DNA of 64,000 nucleotides from positions 1,329,567 to 1,393,566 of the forward strand of contig MU053629.1 in the NCBI GenBank assembly GCA_013239625.1, written 5' to 3'. The position numbers and the translations under genes are program-made. Below the pieces are notes generated by a model, which was not told the origin of the DNA, made no database searches, and saw nothing but the letters and a program-made list of their open reading frames with translations. Origin of the DNA: Lama guanicoe (Eukaryota). This document shows positions 1 through 11,640 of the stretch, piece by piece; positions within the stretch are counted from its first letter, which is position 1, and each line of letters opens with the position of its first letter.

Positions 1-429
1 GCATACCACCCTCCTGGGACTTAAAGAGGCCAGAGATTTTTTTTTTAGAGAAGGAAGAAGAGAATGCCTGACTGGCTGCCCACCCGGTACTCAAAAGAGC
101 AGGCTGATCAAGTCAAAATTTTCATGCCCTGGGCCTTTCCCAACTCCACCCCAAGAGTCTATCAGAGTGTGAATCTACCGTTCACACAAGTTCCCCAGGA
201 GAACAAGAAGCTACAGGAAGTCAGGCAAGGAGTAAGTTGGGGCTCCAATCTGTGATTAGAACAAGTAAGATTCATACTTTCTAGTCACCTCCAGATTTAT
301 CAGCCACGTGATAACATCTGCACGGTACCACACCAAAATGTCCTCTTAGGGCTCTCATAGAGAAACGAGACAAGAAACCCTGGACTGGAGATGAGGAGAC
401 CTGGGTTCTCATCCTGGCTTGGCTTCTTT

Positions 430-545
430 TTTTAATTCATTTTAATTGTAATTTATTGCTTCAGCCTTATTAAGGCATCATTGACAAAAATATAAGCTAT
501 TTAAAGCGTACGTTTTGGTGATGTGATGTGCGTACACACTGCAAA
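430..545 (-). mobile_element. Short L1 3'-end fragment inserted into a MIR
   Basis: T-rich tail plus L1M-like 3'UTR; flanked by 16-bp TSD CTGGCTTGGCTTCTTT (414-429) / CTGGCTTGGTCTCTTT (546-561); MIR halves on either side (CTGGGTTCTCATCCTGG ... CAGTTTCCTCATCTGTAA). Confidence 0.7.
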
Positions 546-2042
546 CTGGCTTGGTCTCTTTAGGTGTCAGTTTCCTCATCTGTAATAGGGTAATTGGATG
601 ACATGATGTCCAAAAGACATTCAAGTGCCAAGATCCTAGTCCAAGGTCCTGTCTCCAAGGAAAAGTTTGCCACGTGGCATTCAAATCTTCCCACAGTGAC
701 TACTCTGCAAACGAGGATCACCTCCATCCTCCACTGCACAGCACTGCCCCATCACAGGGAACTCTCTTTTGGACAGGCTGGTGGGGCTGGTGCACAGAAG
801 GAAGATCAGCTCATCCATGGGAACTCAGCCCTGAGAAGTCTCAGGAGACTGAAATGTATCAAAACGCCCATTTAATACTGTGTACTGAGAACCACAGGGG
901 CCGCACAGAGGACATTGCTGTTTCCTGCCCCACCCTTCTCTGCCCCACTCTAAACCTTGCCCTCTTCACTTCTTCCCAGAATGGCTGCTCCTGAAAACCC
1001 AGGTTAGCAATTGGTTTGGTATGTGTGAGTGTCTCCATGATGACGGGGCTCCCTGGTCCTATCGAGTCCTGTCCTGCTAGGCCTCCGTTCCCCTCGCCCT
1101 CAGTGCCAGAGACATACTGGCCAAGTTCCTTTGGAAATGCCCTTTTTCCTTGCTCCTCTCTGCCTTTCCTACCTCTGATTATGCAGGCTCACGTTAAAGT
1201 ATGGAGATGGCTTTGGGGAGGCTCTCTAGCAGATGCTAATCTCTCATAAATGAGACTGGAGGAGCTGATTTCCTGGGAAGTGCCTGACTTCATTCGTTGG
1301 GAAGGGTATGGCCCACCTCCTACAGGGCCCAGGGCTGCCAGCTTTTGCCACTCCCCTCTTTCCTCAGGATGCTTTCAGTCTTTGCCATCCTCTCTGACCT
1401 CCTTGCAACCAGGCCCGGGTTGCAAGGTCATTTTCATCTTCCAGTGTGAATATTCTAGTAGCCTTCTCCCCAGATATCCACTCCAGGGGGTTCAAGACAA
1501 GAGTAAAAGCTTCAAAAGTGTGTACCTGATAAAGGTGGTGACTCATATTTATCAGGAACCTACTTTATGAATGGCAAGAGTGGCACGTTCTATGTACATT
1601 CTCTCAGTCATTCTCTACCACTCTATGGGGACCTATCATAGTCCTAGGTACTATTGTAACCTCCAGTTTATAGGTTTTGGACCTAAGAGATTCGGGAAGA
1701 GTAGGCCGCTTGTCCAAGATCACACAATTATTAAGAGGAGGAGGGGCACTCACACTCAGTTCTGTCCATTGCCAAAGCCAAGGCTCTGTCCATCAGGACA
1801 CTGTCTCCAAGGACCAAGCATTTGTTAAGAACCTCCTGGGGCCAGGACTATGCTAAACATCCAGGTGAATGAGGGTGGGTAAGCTCTTGCAGTCCAGGGA
1901 TACCAGAGTCCTCCGAGATTCTAACTGGGAGGTGCTACAAACAGGGAGAGTTCTACTCCAAAGCAGACTGAAGTAGATGCTGCTGCTAAGGACAGGCAGG
2001 GTCCCATGGGAATGTGGTGAAGGAGGGAGGTCACTCCATGCT

Positions 2043-2252
2043 GCGCGAGTGGCGGGGGGGGGAGGGAAAGAAGACAGGGAGGGGGAGACGAAAGAGAGAG
2101 AGAGAGAGGAAATATGAATGGCCCTTGTGCTGACTTTGGTAGATGGGAGAGCGCGAGTGGCGGGGAGGGAAAGAAGACAGGGAGGGGGAGACGAAAGAGA
2201 GAGAGAGAGAGGAAATATGAATGGCCCTTGTGCTGACTTTGGTAGATGGGAG
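2043..2252. repeat. Two near-identical ~108-bp tandem copies containing a G-run and (GA)n
   Basis: GCGCGAGTGGCGG...GGTAGATGGGAG at 2043-2149 and 2151-2252, differing essentially only in G-run length. Confidence 0.9.
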
Positions 2253-4479
2253 GACTTCCATAGGCTGGAGTGAAACAGGCCGAGTAAAGAGCTGGGGGAC
2301 AAAGCCAGGGCGAGAGCACTGAGGGTCTGCTCAGCCTTCAGGCTTGTGTGGGGTTGGGGAGAGAACCAAGGCTGGCAGGTTGGTCAGGGCTGAATTAGAG
2401 GGGGCCTTGATGCCACAGAAGGGCCTACGCTTGCTTCTGGGAGCAGTGAGTAGCCGCTAAAATCTTCTGATCGGGCACAGGCAGGAAGCGATGATGCAAG
2501 TTGGAGACTTGGCAGGGATGTGGCCTTTGGGTGGGTCCTCCCTTCTTTGGCCCACAGCCACTGCCAGGCTGGCCACTCAGGGGGCACCAAAGAGGACTAG
2601 TTCCAGCGGTGGGAGCTCCCAGTCTTAGCAAAGGCACAGCATGAGGCCCCTTCAGGGCCTGTGGGAGGGGTTCAGGGAAGGAAGTGTCCTATTTTTTTTT
2701 TTTTGAGAGAGAGTGGTCCAGTAGGAACCACTGATGGTCCTGGAGTAGGAGGAGGTGGTGGGCACGGGCAGAGGAATTGGAAAGGAAATGCATTTTAAGA
2801 CATGGTAAAGAAGCGTCTTTTCAGCTCAGCCAATGCAAAATAAGTGTCCTCACCCCTTACAAATTCAGGCTCACTTCTGACTTTGAAAATCTTTTTTAAG
2901 GAAGTGCGGATGAATTTTTCTTTCATGTGCTGTAAAAACTCAGTGAAATTGAGAGTGCAGTTGCCTGGGCATTCAGTTCAGCAGAATGGTTGTTGTTTTT
3001 TTTTTTAAATTCAACTATAAGAAAAGGAGGTAAATGACTATAGACGAGTTCATATCAGGATGTCACATAAAAATGCCTACTGTGGATGACCACAGGCAGA
3101 ATCAGTGATGCAAGCAGAAGGTGACAGCCTAGGACCCATTTGAGGGGTACAGGAGAGGCAGGCCTGCCTCCGGAGCCATCTCTTTCCCCTAAGAGAACCA
3201 GCGCATGCATCCTGCACACAGGAAAGGCCAAATGATGTGCACGAAAAACTCTTTTCTAGGCATCGCAGTGCAGACTCTAGCAGGCGAGGAGCACTCTGGT
3301 GTCAGGAGATGCCCAGAGAAGTCTGTGTTGCTAGACAAACATATCTCTCTGGGACCAGTTCCCTCCTTGTGAAACTCCTGGCCCTTCCAGTTTTCTAATC
3401 ATTTCTGTCCTGAGGGCTCTCGGTGTAATTTTCCATGAAGCCTTGCTGCTTCTGATCTCCATTTCCAGCCTGAAAGCACCAGCCACTCCACGGGTAAACG
3501 AGAAAAGCCAAAAGGGTTCTAAGGCCCTTTCCATACTTCTCCAGCACTGTTCTTTGGATGGTGATAAATGTTAAAGACCATTTTTTTTTCTCCTGTTGCT
3601 GCCAATTGATAACTGGGTCAACCACAGCAGAGCTTTGTAGATGATGTAATTATAAAATATGCTTATAACCTTTGGTGTGATTACATAAATGCATAAGTTG
3701 TGGATATTGGCGACTTCCGATCGTGGCACATGGGTCTCTGTTCTCTGTTTCCACACATTAAGTGTTTGGCTAAGGGAGACAGAGCAGGGAAGACACCATT
3801 TTGGAAGCAGCTATTATTTTTCCTATTTAATAGATGGAGGTTCCAGAGAGGTCATGCTGCTGGCCCAAGGTCACAAAGCCGACCAGTGACAGAAGCAGGA
3901 GCCCAGCCTAAAGCCCCACCTCTTTCTAGTACATCAGGCACCCCGCAGAAGGGTCTGGCACTATGTTCTGGTTGTATAAGGAATTCATTTTCTGCTTATC
4001 TGAATATCCCGGATAGCTGAATTGTCAGGTTAAATCAAGGTTAGGAAGGCAGGGTGGGAAGGCAGAGATGGAGGTCCTCTAAGCCTAGGATCCTTTTCCC
4101 TACTTCTTAAAGTGTCTGAGCCTCTCCCTCTCAGTGGGCTTTAAACTCCTCAAGGTCACCGTCTCAGAGATCTGGTCAGATTACGGCCAGGGGAGTCCCA
4201 GCTGCATTTGAATGGCCCCGATTTGTTTCTAGCTAGGTGTGCACTGTGGTTTTAATTTGCATTTCCCAGATGACTAATGCAGTCAAACATCTTATAAATG
4301 TTAATAATTCTTAGTAGTTCCTTTCTTTCCTCTGTCTTATCTCTGATCTTTCTGCATCTTTGCAACCTTATCCCCTCTCCCAGGGCCTGGCAAAGTGCAA
4401 CCCGGAAAGATTCCAGCGTCCTGGGGACCCAGATTTCTCTGTGATGATAGTTCTCTGCTATAGCGAGTCCACAGCCCTT

Positions 4480-4940
4480 TACCGTCTTTCTGTTTTCCTT
4501 GCCAGCCTCATATTTCACCTTTCTGTCTCCCTGCACATGACTCTCCAGCCAGACTGGCCATCTCAGGTCTCTAGGCCTCTGAGCCTTTGCAGATACGGTT
4601 CCCTCTGCCTCTCTCCCCCACTTTACCTGGTTAACTTCTAGGTATCAATCAAGTCTCAGGTCAGATGTCACTTCCTCCAGGAAGCCTTGCCTGATGCTTC
4701 CCCCACCCCCCACCCCCAAGCCTGGGTGAGTTGCTCCTTGTTTGTGGCTAAGCAACATCCTGTACTTCCCGTCGTAGTAGCATTTGTCACGCTGTGTTGC
4801 AATTGCCTGTTTGCTGGTCTGTTTGGCCCTTTTGTTCATCCCTTTGAGGATGAGACTTTCTGTTGTTTCACTTGTATACCATCAAGTAAAACAACAGAAA
4901 GTGAGCCTTGATCATCAGAGATATCTGTTGAATGAATGAT
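4480..4940 (-). mobile_element. L2 LINE 3' fragment (approximate)
   Basis: L2-like motifs ATGTCACTTCCTCCAGGAAGCCTT and terminal TGTTGAATGAATGA; orientation uncertain. Confidence 0.55.
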
Positions 4941-5369
4941 CTGGCCTGGATCCCTTTAAAAGGATAAAAATCTACCTTCTGGGCCAGCTATACTAAAATC
5001 AATTACTTCAGGCCATCATTCTCCACCTCCCACATCAGTCCTCCTATGTGACAAAGTCTTAAGGAGATGAACATTTATTGGGGGTCTACTGCATACCAGG
5101 CACCAAGCCAGGCCCTTTATGTGTGAAGTCATTTTCACAATCTAAAGTGTGAAAGCTCCCTGTAGAGATAGCACTTTGAAACTCAGAGGCTCTGATGTCC
5201 AATCAGACAATGAACAAGCAAGGGGAAAGGAGTGACGTCACAATTTCCATCCCAATAGTGACAGAGATGTCAACAGAGGCGGCCCCCACATAGCATGGAG
5301 CTCTAAGTCCCTGTACCTTCAGTGCCTGGTGTGTGGCAGGAGTGCAGACAGTGGTTGTTGAATAAATGA

Positions 5370-5662
5370 ACAAATGATTGAAGAGGAAACACAGAAAGAA
5401 AGAGTAGAAGACCCATGTTTCTTTCTGGACCTGACCTAGTATATTTCACCCACATGTTGATAAACAAAATTGGACATTGGAGTATTTTTGTCATGGGCAG
5501 CTGTCCACAGTGCCAGCCGAGGCTGATCCTTGTGATTTCTGCTCACTCTATTGACGAAAAATGACTATGCTCAGCTGCAAAGGAAGCTGAGACATTTCTT
5601 TTGTGAACCCGGGGAGGAAGAGAAAACAGATTTGGGGTGAATAGCTGGCAGTCTCTGCCACA
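5370..5662. mobile_element. MaLR MLT1-type LTR fragment
   Basis: CAGCTGCAAAGGAAGCTGAGA and terminal GGCAGTCTCTGCCACA typical of MLT1J/K-type LTR ends (from recall). Confidence 0.6.
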
Positions 5663-7457
5663 GGATACAAGGACGGTGTTGCCTCTGCCAGTGTCCCTGG
5701 GTGGCCATGAGCTATCATTGGATCGATTGCTGGATGTTCACTCTAGAACAGCCCTTGGGGGCCATCAAGGCCTAGGTTCAACCCCCTGATTTTGCAAATG
5801 GGAATCTGGAGCCCAGAATGTTAAGGGACTCCTTCACTTGACAAAGAGTTGTTTGGTGGTAGAGCCCTAAGATTTTGCTTAATTGGTCCCATGCTTTAGC
5901 TGCAAAGCGGATCTTTAAACAAGAAAATCTTCTCATCTCCTTCAGAAAAGTGCTGCAAAGTTCACATTTCAATGATAAAGAAGAAAGTATTAAGAGCAAT
6001 ACAAATTAAGATGATGATATAATGATAATTACAATGGTACTGATCCTTTCTTTAGTTACGCAGAGGCTCCTCTGTGTCCTCTGCTCCCTAAGATTCTTCG
6101 TTATTAGGAACGTCAGCTACCACCCCAAAGTATTGCAGGATCATTTAGCTGACCACATGTGTGAGGAGTGAAAGTTGTGTAAATTTGCGCAATTATTTAA
6201 GTCTTTGAGCTTTAGCTCTTTCATCAGTAAAACGGAAATAATACCTCCATCTCAGGTTTGTTGTGGGGATTAAAGAAGAAATGAAAACCACTTGATACAG
6301 TACCTGGTTGGGAACCACTGAATGTCAATTTCTTTTCTTGCAAAGTTGAGGTCCTTTCTGTGACTACCCAGGCGACCATTACGCAAAATGACTGATGCAA
6401 TCACTCTTGAAAGGGGGCACTTCCAACAACATTTAATCAACAAATACAATCTTTTTCTAATATCTGCAATTGCTGAACTTAGGATCCATAGATGAGAAGA
6501 AAAGCATCTGCCCCTAAGGGAGACTGAAACATAAACAAAAAACCAGCACCATGTGACAAGCTGCAGGGACAGAATGGGTGATGGTGAGGTGGGGGGAAGC
6601 TTAGAAGTTTGCTTGCGTGAGTGATGGAGTGCTTCCCTGAGGAGGTTATATGCTTCACCTGGAAGGAGTCAGAGCCAGCCAGGTAGAAGGGAAGGAAGTG
6701 GGGGAGGACACAGAAGTGTGAGGAAGCACATTTTCTATAATGAAGGAGCTATTTTAGATATTGCTGGAATAGCTTTTTTTAAAAAGCTTTAATGAAAGAG
6801 AATGGACAGGTGACCGTGATGGCAGAGAGTTTCCAATTTTAGCTTGCCATACATGGGGAGTCACTGAAGAATTTTGGGCAGCAAGATGATGCAGAAGGGG
6901 TGAATGAAAAGAAGTGGGAGAATGACAGCCAGTTGAGAGCTAGATGGCTGAAACCCACACCCAACCCCATCACTCATTTAATCATTTAACAAATAGTTAC
7001 CGAGGACCTGCCATGCACCAGGCTGAATTCCAGGAGCTGGAAATCAGGCAATGAACAGGACTAGCAAGGTACGGTTCTCATGGAGGAGACTGACAATAAA
7101 CAAACCAGTAAACAAGCAAGGAAGTATTAGATAAGTGCTTCTTGGAAAATTAAACAAGGTGAGAAAAGAGTCCCTGAGCGGCTGCTCCTCACCCTCTCCC
7201 CCTCCTTCTGAATACTCACCAAGCCTCCTCTTGATGGAACTCTGGTTTCCCAAGGAGGCTTTGCTCCTAGAAAAATCTCTAAGGTCAATAATTAACCTAG
7301 CTCTCTAGGCGCTGCCAATAAGACTTCTTCCCCAGGGCCTGGTCAGCTTGTAATCCATGCTTCGGGACCACCGATTCTGCCAGAAATCTCAAGTCTGAAA
7401 GCTAGGGGAAGGTCGCAGCAACCTTGAAACACCCCCTCTCCCCCACCCCCGCCTGAG

Positions 7458-7471
7458 GTTCCCATGGCAAC
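7458..7471. promoter_or_regulatory. RFX X-box motif GTTCCCATGGCAAC
   Basis: Near-palindromic match to the GTTNCCATGGNAAC X-box consensus, next to a GC box and a CpG islet (7590-7790). Confidence 0.55.
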
Positions 7472-8262
7472 GTATGACCCACCCACTCCCAGCACAACCC
7501 TTCTCCCCCCTTTTATTATATGTATACATCCCCTGAAGAAGAGAAACGTTTGATAGTATGGCTAAAATTGTGCCTTCCTCTCCTCTGAAAAACAAACTTT
7601 TAAAACGCGGCCACCGCTGCTGGCAGGAACGGTCCCCCTCCCCGGTCCCCGCCCCCGGGACTCCCGGAGGCCGCGCGTTCCCCAGCACGGCTGCCGGAGG
7701 CTGCTTCAGCCCCACCCGGGCTCACTCGCGTGTAAGTCAGAGCTCCTCAGCGCCAAAGGGATGCGGGCCAAGAACCAAAAAGCGAACGTTGGTTGTGTTA
7801 AATGTAGCCGAAGAAACGAGGGACTGGAAAAGCAGATTTCCCAGCATGCCCCGTGGTCTTCCCCCGCTTGACACATTTGCTTACCGCGAGGGTTTTTTTT
7901 TTTTTTTAACCACGAAAACTATTTTTTTTAACTACGAAAACTTTCAGAGACACAGGAAAGTTTTAGGGAAATCTAGCAGAAGTCTGATTTTTGCCCAGCT
8001 TCTCTGGACTGCCTGATAATCACAGTTCGCCCTCTGCGGTCTATAGCAGTCAAGGTGACTAATTTAGGACCCCTGTTCGGAGGGGGTTTTATTCTAGTTA
8101 GGGAGAGAAGACTCTAATAAAAACATTTCTTTTTTTTTCTTGTCTTAGCAGCTTACACCTTACAAGGTGTTTTCACATTTCTGATGCCGTTAAAAATCAT
8201 AAACTCAGAGCTGAAGGGAAATTAAGAAATCAAGGACGGGGGGGGGCGGGGTGTGGGGGGGG

Positions 8263-8290
8263 NNNNNNNNNNNNNNNNNNNNNNNNNNNN
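8263..8290. other. Assembly gap (28 N) flanked by duplicated ~80-bp contig ends
   Basis: GATGCCGTTAAAAATCAT...GGGG at 8183-8262 repeated at 8291-8370. Confidence 0.95.
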
Positions 8291-10479
8291 GATGCCGTTA
8301 AAAATCATAAACTCAGAGCTGAAGGGAAATTTAGAGATCAAGGACGGGGGGGGGCGGGGTGTGTGGGGGGAGACAATTACCTGGCATATACCAGGCCACT
8401 TCCCAAACGCCTGCCCATGGTAGACATTGCTAATCGATCACTCATTCATGATTGAACACTTAGTTATTGGACGCCCTCCACATTCCACATCTTATGTTAG
8501 GAATACAGCAGGAAACCAGACAGACTTGTTTGCTACCCTTATGGACCTCCAAGGGGAAGACAGACATTAAACAAATAATTACGGGCCTGAACAGTGTTTG
8601 GAAAAGGCCGAGTGTGGGGGCAGATAAGGGCATCACACACCTGGAGGTAATCTGGGGGTGGGGCAGGGGCAGGAAAGGCCTCCCTGAGGAAAATATATAT
8701 ATATATATTTTCTTTTTTTGGGGAAGTGATGTTTTAAGCTGAAGTCTAGATAATAAGGAAAGTGAGTCTTTGCGAGGGTGAAAAAAGAAACATCACATGC
8801 CAGGATGAAAGATGGCGTGAGTCAGGGCAAGTTCCACAGCTAAATGAGGGGGCATGGATGATAATTAGGCGTAGGTGTGCAGAAGGAAACTGAGGTTGAT
8901 CCAGCCGGGCCTTGAAAAAGAATCAGTTGATAGGAGGAGAAGGTTGGGAGAGCCTGATCAAAGGTCAGATTTACTGTTTATTCTCCTACTTCCTAGGAAT
9001 TATTCTCTCACATGCTGCCAGTTAAGAAAAAACAAACGGAAAAAAAAAACTATAAACGATCCACTACCTACTACGGGGTGGCAAGTCTCATGAATTGTCA
9101 CATCTTCCTTGCGGGATAAATATTATTTTTCCCGTTTTACAGATGAAAAGTGCATGGGAAGACACTTGCCAAAGTTGATCATCTAAGCAGAGCTAGGATT
9201 TGAACAGCTGCACTTTCCACAATTCGTCACTGACATAAAATCTCAAGAAGGAGGCTTGCTCTAACAGCAATCAAACAAAACTCGGGAAGCGACGGAACAA
9301 CTGTTCGCTGAGGAATCGTAAATACTACTTGGGGTAGGGGTGGGTGGGGAAGGAGATGCGGCAGGTGAGTGAATGGACACGGTTAGGCAGAGAGGTGCAA
9401 GGAGGAAACCGAGCAGTGGCGGGTGGTGTGGGGGATGGCGAGGCGTGAGGAGTGACTGAGAGGGGCATCCCTGGACTGCTCCGGGACTGCACCGCGGGGA
9501 GGTGCCTTGCTCTAACCACCACCCGGCCCAGCCCGGTTAATCATTTCCTGACCTTCCTTCCTCCTCTCGCCCTGTCCGCAGGATTGCCACATCAGCTCCC
9601 CCCTCCCCGTTCGCCTCCTGGCCCTGCTGCTCCTTTGCCGGGTTTTACAAGGAGCCCCAACTTTGAGGCAATGTTTGTAATAGCCTCGGACATCCTCAAG
9701 GCCGTGCCCCTGAGAGATCGCAGGTTCGCTTGGGTGTAACGCCTGCCCTAGCGGCCACTTGAGGCTTGCCCTGTGCTCTTTCTACGAAGAAGCCAGAGAG
9801 GCGGGCATCCAATCCTTGCACGGATTAACCAAGTACAGACTCGGTTTCCCCAGCGGTAAATTTACAAAGGGGATGGTAAAAGCAGCTGGCGGGGTGGTGC
9901 AAGGTTTAAAGGAGGTATTGTGGGTAAAGCCTGGCTAGGAGACAGTAGTAGGTGTTAAACAAATGTCAGATGCCTTCCCTTTTTATCACCTGGTAACTGG
10001 GACCTCGCGCTAAGCAAACCCAGGTTTCAGCTATCTCACTTAAGAGTTACACCTGATGGTGAGGTAAGACTGTCCGACCACGCGCTGGAGGTAACGCAGA
10101 TGGTGAGTCACAGTGCCAGGGTTTGTTCATGAGCGCCCCCGCGGGCCCAGCCATTCAGCACCCAGATGGCTGGCTAAGGCCACTTGTTCAGAACCTAGAA
10201 TCCGGTCAGTATCGCACCTGCTGCAGGGAGAAAAGCACTAACGCTGTACTGCTCTGGGATCTACGCAGCTCGCTGGGCCACCAGGGGCCAGGCCCTTAAC
10301 TTCTCTGAGCTTGTACCTTCGTGTGTAAAATGGGGGCTACAGTGCCTGTCTGCCCGAGTGGTTTTTACTTTCTGCTTCACACTTTCCTGTGTGGCCACAT
10401 TTGCTACCATGGTGTAGTAAGACCACCCCACACTACACAGAATCAATCTTCTATGACTGCGAGCAATCGCTGGGCGCGG

Positions 10480-11640
10480 TAAAAGCAGCAGACTGGCCAG
10501 GCGTGCCCCAGCTTGGCGCCCCACCCTTCTCGGGGCCGGGGGAAGCCGCGGGTGCTTGGCGCAGCGGAGTTGGGAAAGTCACTTCCGAGCGTACCCTGAC
10601 TCCGCGCCACCCGCCTGCCAGCACCGGGACCCCACCCCCGCGGGAGAGGACGGGGGCGGGGCCGAGACTGGAGGCGGGGCCTGCTCAGGGGCGGGGCGGG
10701 GCCGGCCTGGGAAGACGGAAGCCCCCAGCCTAGGGGTGGCGGCAGAACCCGGATTCCGGACTACCACGTTTTCCGGAGCCGGGCTCCTGGAGACGGCGGG
10801 CAGGAAAACCCGGCGCCCGGAAGCTTTTGCTTTCTTTGACGCAAGGGCTCGGGACGCAGCCGCCGTCGGCCGAGCGCCCGGCAAGGAGCGACCCCAGACG
10901 GAGCCTTCAGAGTCCCTCCGTCCCCCCCCCCCCGCCCCGTCCGGGAGCCTCAGTCCCTCTCGCCGCCCTCCTCGTGGCCATGGAGTGTCCGCACCTCAGC
11001 TCCAGCGTCTGCATCGCTCCGGACTCAGCCAAGTTCCCCAACGGCTCCCCGTCGTCCTGGTGCTGCAGCGGTGAGTGCGGCCCCAGGCGGCCCTGCCGCG
11101 CACCCGAGGCCCCGGCTCCGCCGGGCCTGCCGTCTAGGGGCCGCGCGGACTCGGGGAGGGGTGAGGGCGAGCCGGGCTCGGCGGCTGGGGAGGGGGGGGG
11201 CCACAGCGCGTGGGGGCGGCGGCGGGCGGGGACCCCGGCCCGCGCGGCTTGCGCCCCCGCGCCGCCTTCCAGTGCCCGGGGGCTGTGCTGGCCCGTGTCG
11301 CCGGGTCGGGGGCGGCGGGGGTGGGTGTCCTGCCCGCACAAGGCGGCCGCACGTGTGGCGGGGCTCGAGTTGCGTCTCGTCCTCGACCGCACGAGAAGAG
11401 CGCCGCTCTCGGGGCGAAGCTTTGTCTGGGCTGCGGGGCGCGCTGGGGCCCTTCGCTACCTGCCCCGGCCCCGCTTCCTTTCCCTTCCCCGCATGCTCCG
11501 GCAACCGGATCCACGCGGGGCGGGCGGGAGCCCCGAGCCCCAGGAGGTGCTCCGAACTCAGGCGGCCGAGGTCGGAGTCTTTCATCAGCTAGGGAGGGTG
11601 AAGTTTGAAAACAGGCTTCGGGCTTAAAAGCTCGGAAGGC
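10480..11640 (+). promoter_or_regulatory. USP3: CpG-island promoter / 5'UTR of USP3
   Basis: Very GC- and CpG-rich; several GGGGCGGGGC GC boxes (about 10653-10703); ETS cores (ACTTCCG about 10581, CGGAAG about 10716 and 10818); TGACGCA about 10837; no TATA. TSS not determinable from sequence, likely 10800-10900. Confidence 0.9.
10980..11070 (+). CDS. USP3: USP3 coding exon 1 (91 nt): MECPHLSSSVCIAPDSAKFPNGSPSSWCCS
   Basis: ATG in strong Kozak context (GTGGCCATGG) inside a CpG island; the peptide matches the USP3 N-terminus as I recall it; donor GCG|GTGAGT at 11071; ends in phase 1. Confidence 0.97.

Noticed and set aside
2043..2252. Tandem 108-bp repeat producing repetitive ORFs (1853-2319, minus strand)
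   Set aside because: Copies are identical except homopolymer length, so likely an allelic or assembly stutter or a very recent slip; the ORFs are low-complexity translations of GA repeats.
8183..8370. ~80-bp duplication around a 28-N gap
   Set aside because: Both contig ends stop in the same G-run; typical unmerged overlap artefact.
10276..10295. CTCF-like GGCCACCAGGGGCCAG (and weaker ones near 2571, 7610, 32756)
   Set aside because: Mismatch in the core GGC positions; cannot be supported without ChIP data.
10389..11627. Many long overlapping ORFs, including a 266-aa ORF in frame with the USP3 ATG
   Set aside because: Stop-codon depletion in a CpG island. The 266-aa ORF starts at TTG and reads through the exon 1 donor into the intron; no support for an N-terminal extension without ribosome profiling.
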